A stretch of DNA of 64,000 nt from Eledone cirrhosa. Its lineage: Eukaryota. The translations under genes were made by a program, and so were the position numbers. This document shows positions 1 to 13,497 of this stretch, in pieces. The DNA is taken from NCBI GenBank assembly GCA_964016885.1, contig OZ024761.1, positions 2,604,001 to 2,668,000 on the forward strand, in the 5' to 3' direction. The notes under the pieces were generated by a model. That model made no database searches and was not told the origin of the DNA. It saw only the letters and a program-made list of their open reading frames with translations. The stretch's first letter is position 1. Every line of letters starts with the position of its first letter.

Positions 1-205
1 TGTATATATGTATATATATGAATATGTATATATATATATGTATATATGTATATATATGTATATATATATGTATATATATGTATATATATATATGTATATA
101 TGTATATATATGTATATATATATATGTATATATGTATATATATGTACATATATATATGTATATGTATATATATATATGTACATATAAAAGTTTACATATA
201 TATAA
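1..205. repeat. (TA)n/(TATG)n microsatellite; similar tracts recur throughout (e.g. 5140-5627, 8389-8866, 62050-62260, 63074-63627)
   Basis: Dinucleotide tracts read directly; they explain the YI/HT/CV/SL low-complexity ORFs. Confidence 0.98.
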
Positions 206-370
206 AGTCATAGATATATTTTATCTAGTGGTTTATATATCTAAGGTATATATTTTATCTAGTGATTCTAAAGACATGTTTTATGATATATATATATCTA
301 TATATATATGTGTCTTATTAAAAAAAATATATATATGTTTATTTGGTCTGCACCCTCCATCTCAACTCTA

Positions 371-406
371 CTTTTGAAAAGCAAAAGAACTGCGAAACCG
401 GCAAAG
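371..406 (+). ncRNA. Variant, probably decayed minimal hammerhead motif
   Basis: ctt TTGAAAA gca-aaagaac-tgc GAAAC cg GCA aag; U3/A8 core variant and C at position 16.1. Confidence 0.35.
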
Positions 407-536
407 GAACAAAATAAATATATATATATTTTTTTAAATAAGACTCCAGATGCATTTTCGATTTCATCTTTTTTTCTTTATACTTTTACTCGTGTAGGAC
501 AGCTCGGTTTTTTTCATTTTGTAAAAAAAACCTCAC

Positions 537-598
<62 letters not shown>

Positions 599-650
599 TA
601 ATATGCATAAGAGAAGTATATACGTTCAACAATCTGGCAGGAAGGTATAC

Positions 651-689
651 GTTGCTGACGATATCTAATAAGTTTGAAACTAGTACAGC
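651..689 (+). ncRNA. Minimal type I hammerhead ribozyme
   Basis: gttg CTGACGA tatctaataagttt GAAAC ta GTA cagc; palindromic stem III ACTAGT; one mismatch in stem II. Confidence 0.75.
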
Positions 690-953
690 GTTCCTTTGTC
701 AGTGTTGAACAAACGAGCAACGATAGTTGCTAGACACTACGGCTTAATACGGGATGTTTGTTTACAAACACACCGAGCATTATAATAAATGTTCGGTGAA
801 TCCATACGTACATATATATATGTGTGCATGTATGTATATATATATACATACTACTTTACGTCTGTATACATATATGTATGTACGTGTACATACTTATATT
901 TAAGTAACAGCCGTACTAAGAGTGGGAAATGGAATTTCGTTTCATTTTTTCCG

Positions 954-1026
<73 letters not shown>

Positions 1027-1033
1027 GTATATG

Positions 1034-2668
1034 CCTCTCTAGTAACATTGTCACATAACATCACAGCTTCAAATTTAGCTAAACTACCTAGCCGTAGGAA
1101 CACGTGCAACCCTGTAGTTAGTACTAACTGTAATTGTAGGAATCGGGTTGACTGCCCCCTATCCGCGAAATACCTCTCTAGTAACATTGTCTACAAATGT
1201 AAGGTTGAAACACCCACGTCCCGTAAGGCCTACATAGGGTTAATCACCAATAGATTCAAGCAGCGTCTTTACATGCATACCCATTCTTTTCGTTACCTTT
1301 TAAGAAGGAATATGACGTCACTTTCAGCTTATATATGGAGTCTAAAAGACAACCACACCCAATATAAGTTACACTGGGAGATCCTAGCTAGGGCTAGATC
1401 GTATAACGGAAATAAAAGACCATGTGACCTCTGCGCCGCTGACTCCCTGGAAATACTCTACGCCACAGACCACATCTTAAACAAAAAATCTGGGGGAATT
1501 TCGGCTTGTAAACATAAATTGCACAAAACTTTCCTGTATTACAGCCCAACATTATACCCTATCGGATAGTACGATCTATACGTGGATATTTTACGTCTTG
1601 ATGTGGGAGCTAAGTATATGTTTTGTTTATACCATTACTTATTTGCATAGGTAAGTATATATTACCCGTATGTTTCGTGAAGGTACGTATACCTTCTCGT
1701 ACGTATATTTGATTGTTTATCTTATGGCGTAAAATATTTTTATTTTTTTTATTCTGGTACATATGGTTTGGCTATGTGTATACGGGAGTTTTGCGTCTGT
1801 GTGAGTATGCAGGTTCGTACGTATGTAGGGTGTGTGTATATGTGTACTTCATGTTTTGGTTGACTTACGTCTCCGAACATTCGGGTATTTACATGTAGGT
1901 ATGTGTGTGCGCTTGTTATATACGTATTTATTTATTTATATATGTTTATATAATTATTTATTTATTTGTATACACGCATACACACACATATTTATATGTG
2001 CGTGGTTTTGTATACCTATGGTAATTGTTTTGCGTATGCTTGTGTATGTACGTATTTGTTTGCGTGTATGTATTTATTTATTTCTATTACTTCTGTATTG
2101 TATTTATTTACTTTGTTCTTAACTCTGTAGCGGAGATTCATTCGGTCTCCTAGTTAGAATTTTAGTCTACGACTTCTGCTATACCATTTATGTGGTTTTG
2201 TCTTCGCGTGCTATTGTTCTCCACGCTCTACATATGACGTATTATCTTCGTTTTTTTCGTTCATTGCCAGAGAACGTCTCTATGAACCACCTAAGAGAAC
2301 ATTAGTCTACGACCTCTTTTATACCATAAACGTGGTTCTGTCTTTGCGCGTAATTGTTTTTCACCGCTCCTATTAATGACGTATCTTATTCGTTTTTTCC
2401 CGTTCTTTGCCAGCGAACGTTACCACGAACCAAAGTATCGTCTTCCTGTCTTCCTCCGGTTGCAACGTTTTTTGAAATATCCAGTTCTGCGTTTACAGAT
2501 TGACTTTGTTAGTTTCAGAAGATCCCGTTAAGGGTGAAAGCAGCGATTCTTTGCTTAAACTTTAATCTGTTATTTTAATAAATATTTGCTCTACGGTTCT
2601 TATATATTTGATATATATTTATCCTTATCGATCCCTCTTTGGATTTTAGTCTTGAAATTTATTATTAT

Positions 2669-2672
<4 letters not shown>
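1034..2672 (+). mobile_element. 5'-truncated Penelope-like element: GIY-YIG remnant plus long 3' region
   Basis: GIY-YIG ORF followed by ~1.1 kb also found at 39938-41140; its terminus recurs at 12652-12843; flanked by (TA)n. Confidence 0.85.
1050..1569 (+). pseudogene. PLE GIY-YIG endonuclease domain with Cys-rich linker, no RT
   Basis: CNCRNRVDCPL..IVYKC..AYIG..FKQR..H..TSLSAYIWSLK..CDLC..LNKK..CKH. Confidence 0.9.
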
Positions 2673-2752
<80 letters not shown>

Positions 2753-3081
2753 CCGGACAGTACTTGATTTAGGAGTCGCAGAAACCCAAATGCTGGATTT
2801 TACCAACCATCCAGGGATCCGGGTAAATTTTTTCAATCACATATTATTTTATTTGTTTGACCCGAATTACTTGGTCGTTTCTATGGCTGTGCGGATGACG
2901 GTTTAACCATCGTCTCAGTGTGTTTGGCCTTGAACGTAAGTTGTAGCTCTGGTTCGTGAGAATTATTGAGCGCTTACCTCACATCTCGGAAGTTGTTTTT
3001 CGCTAATTCCAAAGCCGAAATACGATTCTCGATCATTTATATTTGTATATATATATATATATATATATATAAATATATATA

Positions 3082-3399
3082 GTATTAGCAATTGGAAAGA
3101 CCAACGGAAACATTGTTCCCTCGGTCCGATTTGACGAAAGTCGATCGTTCCTTTATATATATATATATATATATAAAAAGGAACGGTCGACTTTCGTCAA
3201 ATCGGACCGAGGGAACAATGTTTCCGTTGGTCTTTCCGATAGATAGTATTAGCAATTGGAAAGACCAACGGAAACATTGTTCCCTCGGTCCGATTTGACG
3301 AAAGTCAATCGTTCCTTTTTATATATATATATATTAGCAATTGGAAAGACCAACGGAAACATTGTTCCCTCGGTCCGATTTGACGAAAGTCGATCGTTC

Positions 3400-3461
<62 letters not shown>

Positions 3462-3522
3462 GAACGATCGACTTTCGTCAAATCGGACCGAGGGAACAAT
3501 GTTTCCGTTGGTCAAATCGGAT
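3082..3522. repeat. Five copies of a ~70-bp hairpin-forming unit in +,-,+,+,- orientation, mostly separated by (TA)n
   Basis: Unit gaccaacggaaacattgttccctcggtccgatttgacgaaagtcgatcgttcctt and its reverse complement. Confidence 0.9.
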
Positions 3523-3789
3523 ATAGTTGGAGTAGTAATTACTAGGATTGTTTACGTTGTCTTTATTCATTATATACTGCAGTTTATCTTTATGACCGGC
3601 CCTACGTAATGCTGCATTATAATAGTCAGCATGCTCGTTAAAGATTTCTAGGTTTGAGGATAAGCGGGATATTCGGAGGGATATACTACGTGCTATGGAT
3701 CTAATTATGGATTTGGGGTGATTTGAGTTGTAACTAATGTAGGCAAGATTTTCATTATTTTTGTGGAAAGGTTCTATTAACTGGCGAAC

Positions 3790-4176
3790 AGATGTATCGA
3801 TTCGAGCCTAGTGTACATGTGCACGGTCATCTCGGGTAACTCCACCTGGAATTACATAGGATCCACCGTGGGTTCTTTTAAAAAAAGATGGTATGTGCAC
3901 AGACACTCAATGAAAAACCGTGCACTTATGGGTTCCACAACCCTCGCCAAAAAAATATGGGAACTGAAGGACAGCAGCACTAACTACAGTATCAACTAGT
4001 CGAAGTTGTCGGCTGCTAAAACCTATAGTACAGGGATGTCCTATTGCGGGCTGTGTGATCTTGAGCTATTGTATATCCTCAAAAATGTAAAAAGGCTACT
4101 TAACAATAAGTTAGAAAGATCTATCTTCTGCAGACATAGAATAGCCACTAAATTCATAAGATTCAAACCTCCGTGA
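3790..4176 (+). pseudogene. PLE GIY-YIG endonuclease remnant with one internal stop
   Basis: VYMCTV..NYIGST..FKKRWYVH..TTLAKKIWELK..SIN*..YCGLCDLELLYIL..LLNNKLERSIFCRH. Confidence 0.88.
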
Positions 4177-4489
4177 ATCGAACCAACACAACATAGCTTT
4201 AAATTAGGATACCTACTACCCACAGAAATATATTCATTAAGTATACTATATCCTTCACAAGTCTATACCACACAAATGTCTGTAAGTACCTCATCAACCC
4301 ACAAACTTATTCCTTCTCAGCTGCTGCCATCATTTGATCCTAAATCCTAGTGTTTCTCAAATCACTACTACAATGTAACTTTACCTTCCTTTTGCCATAA
4401 TTACAATTAGCACGCTTATCTCTTTGCATGTATGTATATTTTTGTACGAGTGTATATTGATGTGTATGTATGTGTCTATGTACACATGC

Positions 4490-4618
<129 letters not shown>

Positions 4619-4978
4619 ATATGCGTATATTACTTCGTTAACCTCTGTATTAACTCAACAACTACTTAGCTTTGACAGTGTTGTCCCACTCATGTATGCT
4701 ATTGAAGATGAAAAGAAAGACTGTAAACACTGGCTTATCTTTATAATTTAAAATTGATACACACTTCGATACTCTGTACATGCCTCATGACAGCTAGTTT
4801 TACACGCGGTAATGTTAGATACATTATACCCCCACCTAAGTAATGTCAGGGTCTCCTCAAATAATTTATTAATAGCATTGTTGTAATTGTTGTTATTGTT
4901 CTAATTGAATGCCATTACTACTTCATATAGTAGCCTGTATATTCCTTTCTTGCCTGTGTATTCTCTTCATTCTCGCAT

Positions 4979-5084
4979 GCTCCGAAGATCTGACTGGTTA
5001 TAATTTTGTATTGGCGATCGAGTAACGTGAAAATATGCGAATAGCGATCTCTAGACCTACCAGTTCAGAGAAACAATTGTCAGC
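4979..5084 (+). ncRNA. Type I hammerhead with 81-nt stem II domain (U4C core variant)
   Basis: gct CCGAAGA tctgactggt...accagttcaga GAAAC aatt GTC agc; stem III ACAATTGT is palindromic. Confidence 0.65.
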
Positions 5085-5222
5085 TATGAGATTAAAAACC
5101 TTTTTTGTATAGCAAACCATGTCAACCTTCTTTCCTGATTTATATGTATATATATATGTATATATATATATATTTGTATATATATGTATATATATGTATA
5201 TATATTTATATATATATATATG

Positions 5223-5253
<31 letters not shown>

Positions 5254-5302
5254 GTATATATATGTATATATATATGTATACATATGTATATATATATATT
5301 TA

Positions 5303-5333
<31 letters not shown>

Positions 5334-7066
5334 ATATATATGTATATATATATATATATATGTATATGTATATATATATATAAGTATGTATACGTACATA
5401 CATATATGTATACCGACATATATGTATACAGACATTCAACCATCTGGCAGGAAAGTATACGTATATATGTATATATATATATGTATATATATATATATGT
5501 ATATATATATATGTATTTATACATGTATATATATATACATATGTATATATATATATATATCTATGTATATATATATATGTATATATATATGTATATATAT
5601 ATGTATGTATATATATGTATATATATGTAGGAGGTGAGTTTTATTTTAGTACAATAAAGCAATGCAGATATCGGATAAGTAGCACTCTACAGTTTGTAGG
5701 ACTGGAGTATAAATCATATATAAGATCAAAAGATGGTTAAAAGAGTTCCATGTATTTTATTATGCGCATTTCAAAAACAAATATCATCATGCAATAACAT
5801 TTGCGTTTTCGTTAGATAAAATAGGGAGACATGATATGAACGTTAGTTACATGTGGAGCATGCAAATGTGTCTCATTTTTATACTATTATTGTGTGGCAG
5901 GGTGTTACACGTAATGCAAGCTCTTTAAGCGGGTAAGCAAGATTATTATGGTGGTTGTAGTGGTAAGGTATTTTTTGTATAGAACAAAAAAGTATGTGTG
6001 CAGAAAAATAAAAAGAAAAAGAAGAAGCAAAAGAAAGTTATGGTTTTCGTATCCACCATCATTTTCACATTCAGAAAAAGTAAGATATAGTTTCTACATC
6101 CATCACATAAGCAACAATGATTCCGTATTGAATGTCTGATGCATTAAAATAAATTATTTTAGCGTATTGAGGCTCAGTGTTATTTAATCCAAATTTATAG
6201 AATAGGTTGATTCTGCTGCGAGAATTTACAGCGGTTTATTACCCGGAAGTATGAGTGTAATTAAGGGGAGTTAATGCGTAAGGGGAGGTAACTAGCCGAA
6301 TCTCATAACTAAATTCATTGTTCTAACATACATTATAAGGCGCCTCAATTGAGTCCCTTATATAGACGGTTATATATTTATATCTAGTTTCCAATTTTAA
6401 ATACAGTCTACTCTATCATGATGTACTAAAGGTATTTAGTACATCATGATATATTAAGTTGATTACTCCCTATTATATAGTGCTAGAATTGAATATTCCA
6501 TACAAAGTGCTTACTTTATATATATGTATATATATATGTATATATATGTGTATATATATATTTATATGTATATATATATATGTGTATATATATACGTATA
6601 TATATATGTATATATATATGTATATATGTATATATATATGTAAATATCACTTCTCTGTCAACAAATTACTGGCGAAACATCTCTTTGGATTTGTACGTGT
6701 GTTATATAGTTATAGAGGTATTTATTTACGCTTTAATTTATATTTTTAATTATCGTGTCTATAGTCTGCCTTCCATAGGTTATAGATTCCATACACTGGT
6801 GGTTTTTTCCTTGTTTTATTGATAGCGCACTGTATATCTCTCTCTGGTGTGTTACCTTTTCAACATATTGTATTTTAAAGAGCCCAGGATTTCTTCTCCT
6901 TTGAGGATATTATTTACAGGGAATGGCGAGGGCCCATGACTCCGTTAATTTATCGTGTATATATATATATATATATATAAAGAATGAATAATAACAGGTA
7001 GACATCATAAAAAGGTAAATTATTCCGTGTGCTTACAAATGTTTCCACGGTGGTACTACAGCCTAG

Positions 7067-7579
7067 TTATGCTGCACAATCGTTATATTACACAATCCAC
7101 CTGTACTGCTATCACAACCTATCCATGGTATACCCGCTACCCACAACAAAGAATGTAACTGCCATCTACCTGAAAGATGTCCATTGAAGAATGAATGCCT
7201 AAAGTCCAACATTGTTTACCAATGCACGGTTGAATCGAACGACCAGAAATGGTATTATATCGGATCTACCACCACCTCGTTTAAATCTCGCTGGTACCGT
7301 CATCGATTCTCAATCAAACATCCTAATCACCGTTTTGTGACCACGCTCGCCAACAAGACCTGGCAACTCCGTGAACGCAACCAACAGTTCACCTTAAAAT
7401 GGGATATACTTTCCAGCGCAAGTGCATATCGGAGTGGATTGAAGTACTGTAGGTTATGTAACCTTGAACTCTTTTACATATTAAAATCCCAAAACAAACT
7501 ACTTAACGATAGAATTGAACGATCATTATACTGCAACCACAAACTAAAAGCTAAATTCTCTCACTATAAAATAACTTAA
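7067..7579 (+). CDS. Uninterrupted PLE GIY-YIG endonuclease frame (no in-frame ATG, no RT)
   Basis: ECNCHLPERCPLKNECLKSNIVYQC..YYIGSTTTSFKSRWYRH..TTLANKTWQLR..CRLCNLE..LLNDRIERSLYCNH. Confidence 0.85.
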   Translation, partial: LCCTIVILHNPPVLLSQPIHGIPATHNKECNCHLPERCPLKNECLKSNIVYQCTVESNDQKWYYIGSTTTSFKSRWYRHRFSIKHPNHRFVTTLANKTWQLRERNQQFTLKWDILSSASAYRSGLKYCRLCNLELFYILKSQNKLLNDRIERSLYCNHKLKAKFSHYKIT

Positions 7580-8078
7580 CATTCGAACCCGTAACTATAA
7601 CATCGCTTTCTAGCTAACCACCTTCTCTTCCCCCACACTACAAGACAATACACTGCTTATCACTATAAATGGTAACTCAGTGCAATTCACAGATTACTAC
7701 TACAAACCCAAAGTTCACTCACCACATAGACTTCGTCTGTCCCCTCTCTATCTCTCTCTCTCTACATCCACTACACTCTCTCTCTCTCTCGCCTTTGGCC
7801 TACCTCCCTCCCTCTCCACATCTATGAACCTGCCCTGTGGGGCAATAAATAATTCCGACCTTAACTATCAACGCATCTCTCCAAAAGTAACCAGTATAAT
7901 AAAACCCCTACCATAACATTTTGATTAAGATATCTACAAACCACTCTCTCCTATTTTTCCAACCCCTGCATATCTTTCTCTCACTCTCCCTCTCCCCTAC
8001 TTTTCTCTCTTCCTTTTCTACTCTATCTTCCCCAACAACCATACTTAAGGGTATTTACATTGTACATTTTAACCATTC

Positions 8079-8190
8079 TGCTCTGATGATACAGTGGTCA
8101 CAGCATTGGATATTTGAGTTCTGCAAATAGTTGTAAATTTGCACATAGCATAACTAGGCTGTAGTACCACCGTGGAAACATTTGTAAGCA
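8079..8190 (+). ncRNA. Type I hammerhead with 85-nt stem II domain
   Basis: tgct CTGATGA tacagtggtcacagc...gctgtagtaccaccgtg GAAAC attt GTA agca. Confidence 0.8.
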
Positions 8191-8495
8191 CACGGAATAA
8201 ATTACCTTTTTGTGATGTCTACCTGTTATTATTCATTCTTTATATACACTCCGGAATACAGAAGGATCAGGAACTAAGTTTCTTCAACAATTCTTCCATA
8301 ACTCGTAGAGTAACCTCTCACCGTACGTCAACCATACCCAGTGTAGTAATTAACCACCATTACTACATCTAGGATAATCCTATACCTAATATATATATAT
8401 ATATGTATATGTATATGTATATGTATATATATATGTATATATATATATGTATATATATATGTATATATGTATATATATATATGTATATATATATG

Positions 8496-8709
<214 letters not shown>

Positions 8710-8719
8710 CATATATATG

Positions 8720-8866
<147 letters not shown>

Positions 8867-8977
8867 GTTGGAATAGAATGAAACTAAATTTCATTTCTCA
8901 CTCTTAGTACGTCACTTACTTAAATGTAAGTATGTATGTATACGTACATACACATATGTATACAGACGTACAGTAGC

Positions 8978-9016
<39 letters not shown>

Positions 9017-9167
9017 CAGGCACACATATATACATGTACGTATCAGTCTAGCGAATATTTATTATAACATTCGCTTTGTTCGTTTGTAAACAAACGGACA
9101 GCCTGATTTATGCCGTACGGTGTTAAGGCAACCACGTCACCTTTTCGTTCAACACTGACACAGGAAC

Positions 9168-9206
9168 GATGTACTAGTTTCAAGCTTGTTAGCTATCGTC
9201 AGCACC
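9168..9206 (-). ncRNA. Minimal type I hammerhead, same family as 651-689
   Basis: Reverse strand: ggtg CTGACGA t-agct-aaca-agct-t GAAAC ta GTA catc. Confidence 0.85.
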
Positions 9207-9400
9207 GTATACCCTTCTGCCAGATGGTTGAACGTTCGAAAGTATATACTTTCCTTATGAAAATTAACGGCTGAGCAGCCTAATTTGCATATCGAGTGAC
9301 CCTCCCCAAGTATAACAATATTTGTTTTGACACACGATTTCATATCAAAAACCTCGCAAAACTAATTCATCGCCGTTATATATATAACGGCGATGAATTA

Positions 9401-9586
9401 GGGTGGTGGATTGGCAGAATCGGTAGAGGGTCGGACGCCATGCTTTCTAGCATAGTTACGTCCCTTTACAGTCTGAGTTCAAATCCCGCCGAGGTTAACT
9501 TTGCCTTTCATCCTTACAGGGTCGATAAAATAAAGTACCAGTAATGTACTGGGTAATTGCTGGCCTTGTGCCTAAAGTAGAAACAG

Positions 9587-9590
<4 letters not shown>
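9401..9590 (+). mobile_element. tRNA-derived SINE resembling octopus OR/Meta-domain SINEs
   Basis: A-box tggcagaatcgg, B-box gagttcaaatcc, core ctttgcctttcatcctt..gggtcgataaaataaagtaccag; about 20 copies in window. Confidence 0.9.
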
Positions 9591-9637
<47 letters not shown>

Positions 9638-9733
9638 GGTAGAACACTGGAAGGTAATATCCGTAGTGGTAGAGCACTCAATCCATGGGACGAGTTAGGT
9701 AGAAGTGGTTACACAACAGTTAGTTCACCATGC

Positions 9734-9771
9734 CGAGAACAATTGTTTCACCTTAGCGGATCCTCAGCTCG
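9734..9771 (-). ncRNA. Minimal hammerhead in left arm of palindrome
   Basis: Reverse strand: cgag CTGAGGA tccgctaaggt GAAAC aatt GTT ctcg. Confidence 0.75.
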
Positions 9772-9808
9772 TAATGGACATGGTTATACGGAATAACCAT
9801 GTCCATTA

Positions 9809-9846
9809 CGAGCTGAGGATCCGCTAAGGTGAAACAATTATTCTCG
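9809..9846 (+). ncRNA. Minimal hammerhead in right arm of palindrome (G16.2 to A)
   Basis: cgag CTGAGGA tccgctaaggt GAAAC aatt ATT ctcg. Confidence 0.6.
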
Positions 9847-9898
9847 GTATGGTGAACTAACTGTTGTGTAACCACTCCCCCCCTCTCTCTCTCTCCCC

Positions 9899-10912
<1,014 letters not shown>

Positions 10913-11374
10913 TTATATATATATATATATATATATATTAGTCTGTCTACTTCATGGGGTTCGCTGGTGCGAGTTGTCAACTCGGCTCCGCAGTAAATTG
11001 GGATGTGTTCCGTGGCCTCAACAATCTCTTCTGACACAGGTGGCCAACTCCAGCCCAATAGCAGGAAATAGGGGTCTGGCCGAGGCCTCAAGAACGCCGG
11101 AATTCTTCACAACCACAGGGCTATCAGAGAGCGGCCAAAATTAGGTTAGAAAATAAATTAGAATCCTTTCATGCATTTATGACACTGATTGAGGTTACAT
11201 TAATATAAATAATGTGATGTTAGTAAACTATCTGAGGTCTACTTAGAGAAAATAGCAGGTGGGATTACAGGAAAACAGACACACACATACTCACAGAGAG
11301 ACACAGATACATACAGACACACAGACACAGACGCACGGTCACACAGTCACACATACACACACAGAGACAGATAC

Positions 11375-11416
<42 letters not shown>

Positions 11417-11761
11417 GTACACATACAGGCACACGCAGAAACACACACACACACACACACAGACGCACACACACACAGACAATATATTTATACACAGAGA
11501 CACAGACACAGAGTTTCTCTCTGTATTCAATATTGTCTGCATCTTACAAATATTTATTAATGCTAAGTGCATTTCAGACGAAGGTTGGCAAAGCAAGTGG
11601 GAATGTGTTTAAGACAGAAAATTGAATAAATATGATTGTAAATAATATATACACGGGTACAGGATATATATATACATACATATATACATAGATATATACA
11701 TACATACATAGATATATATACATACATACATACACATATATATACACATATATATACATAC

Positions 11762-12325
11762 ATGGTGGCTGCCAACTCGTTTTCGAGTACGGCCACTACT
11801 TTATATCCATGTAGGAGAACCCCTACCGATGCGCTGAACGAGTGACTTTTTAGTCCAGCCAGCGACTTGAAAACTCTGGTACAAACACTACACTTGTGAC
11901 AATTATTGACACATAGTGCTGGGCCTATGGTACCATGTGATGACAAGTGCAGAGAGATCTCCAGATATAACGCAATGCCTGTGCCGTCAAGCTTTTATAG
12001 TGAGCAAAGGCACTGCACAAAGCCAGTCCCACTCTCTTAACCAAGATGATATTTACCAAAAAGAAGAACAAGTCAACATCATTGGATACCATCAGGGTTG
12101 CAGGTGTTATATCAGAGTTTTCCTTCTCCTAGAATTCTGCCTTGACAAAGGCTAAGGGGTCATCTCTCCCGGTGATTTTGGATGGCCACTGACTCTTAAG
12201 AGCTCCTTTGCCCTTTGACAGGTTTTGTTTTTAGTCCTGCAGGATGTCCAAAGTCACCCTCTTCACCAAGAAACCTTGGTGGGGGTTGCCAGTTTAGTCG
12301 CCAACGACCCGACCATGGGACATAC
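11762..12325 (-). mobile_element. RTE-like LINE 3' zinc-finger fragment plus adjacent dispersed repeat (related pieces at 49050-49420)
   Basis: HKCSVCTRVFKSLAGLKSH; 12095-12320 matches 49050-49420 in reverse, with segments rearranged. Confidence 0.55.
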
Positions 12326-12402
12326 ATACATACATACATAACAAGTCGGAATGTGGTTAAGACAGAAAATTAAATAAATATGATTGTAAATACACTACCA
12401 CT

Positions 12403-12455
<53 letters not shown>

Positions 12456-12539
12456 AAAGGTAAACAGAAATAACAACACAATCGGTACAGTCTATGGAAG
12501 GGATATATTAGGTTAACGCTTGATATAGAAAGAAGAGGG

Positions 12540-12575
12540 TCTTAACGTTTCGGACGCTAGTCCTTCATCAGAAGA
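12540..12575 (-). ncRNA. Minimal type I hammerhead
   Basis: Reverse strand: tctt CTGATGA a-ggac-tagc-gtcc GAAAC GTT aaga; loopless palindromic stem III (ACGT). Confidence 0.85.
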
Positions 12576-12852
12576 AAGAATGAGAAATAAGAAAGATTGA
12601 GAGGACGGGTGGGATGGAATTGGAAAATATATATATACATATATATATATATTTATTAAAATAACAGATTAAAGTTTAAGCAAAGAATAGCTGCTTTCAC
12701 CCTTAACGGGATCTTCTGAAACTGTTCTTGCTTAAACTTTAATCTGTTATTTTAATAAATATTTGCTCTACGGTATTTGATATATATTTAATCTTATCGA
12801 GCCCTCTTTGGATTTTAGTCTTCAAATTTATTATTATTACTATACACACACT

Positions 12853-12888
<36 letters not shown>

Positions 12889-13042
12889 TGAGTATGTATA
12901 TATACACACACGGATATATAAATGTATATTCATGTACACATTTAAGCTTATGCTATTTAAACACACACAAATATATAAATATTTATATACACGCATTTAT
13001 GTTTATGCAATATATACATAGACACGTTGAATCTGAATATAA

Positions 13043-13497
13043 ATAATTGTTTCTACTTTTGATACAAGTCCAGCAATTATCCCATACATTACTGGTACCT
13101 TATTTTATCGTAAGGATGAAAGTCAAAGTTAACCACGGCAGGATTTGAACTCAGACCGTAAAGGGACCTAACTCTATACTGCAAAGCATGGTGTTCGACC
13201 CTCTACCGATTCTGCCAATCCACCGCCATGAATCTAAACTATAATAAAGGGAGGAGAGCGGGCAGCGTACGGTTTATTTCTTTTAATCCATTTAATAAAA
13301 TAAGTCTAATTACTTTGAATAAATAATTGTTTCTACTTTAGGCACAAGGCCAGCAACTACCCAGTGCATTACTGGTACTTTATTTTATCGACCCCGTAAG
13401 GATGAAAGGCAAAGTCAACCTCGGCGGGATTTGAACTCAGATCATAAAGGGACATAACTATGCTGGAAAGCATGGCGTCCGACCCTCTACCGATACT
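13043..13497 (-). mobile_element. Two SINE copies (13043-13227, 13323-13497)
   Basis: Reverse complement of the 9401-9590 SINE. Confidence 0.9.

Larger units (their letters stand above)
6974..8246 (+). mobile_element. Truncated Penelope-like element with an inverted copy of its 3' end at the 5' junction
   Basis: 6974-7073 is the reverse complement of 8147-8246; encloses a GIY-YIG ORF and an HHR. Confidence 0.88.

Noticed and set aside
9401-9490. tRNA gene
   Set aside because: A and B boxes belong to a SINE head; no cloverleaf, and it continues into the SINE core
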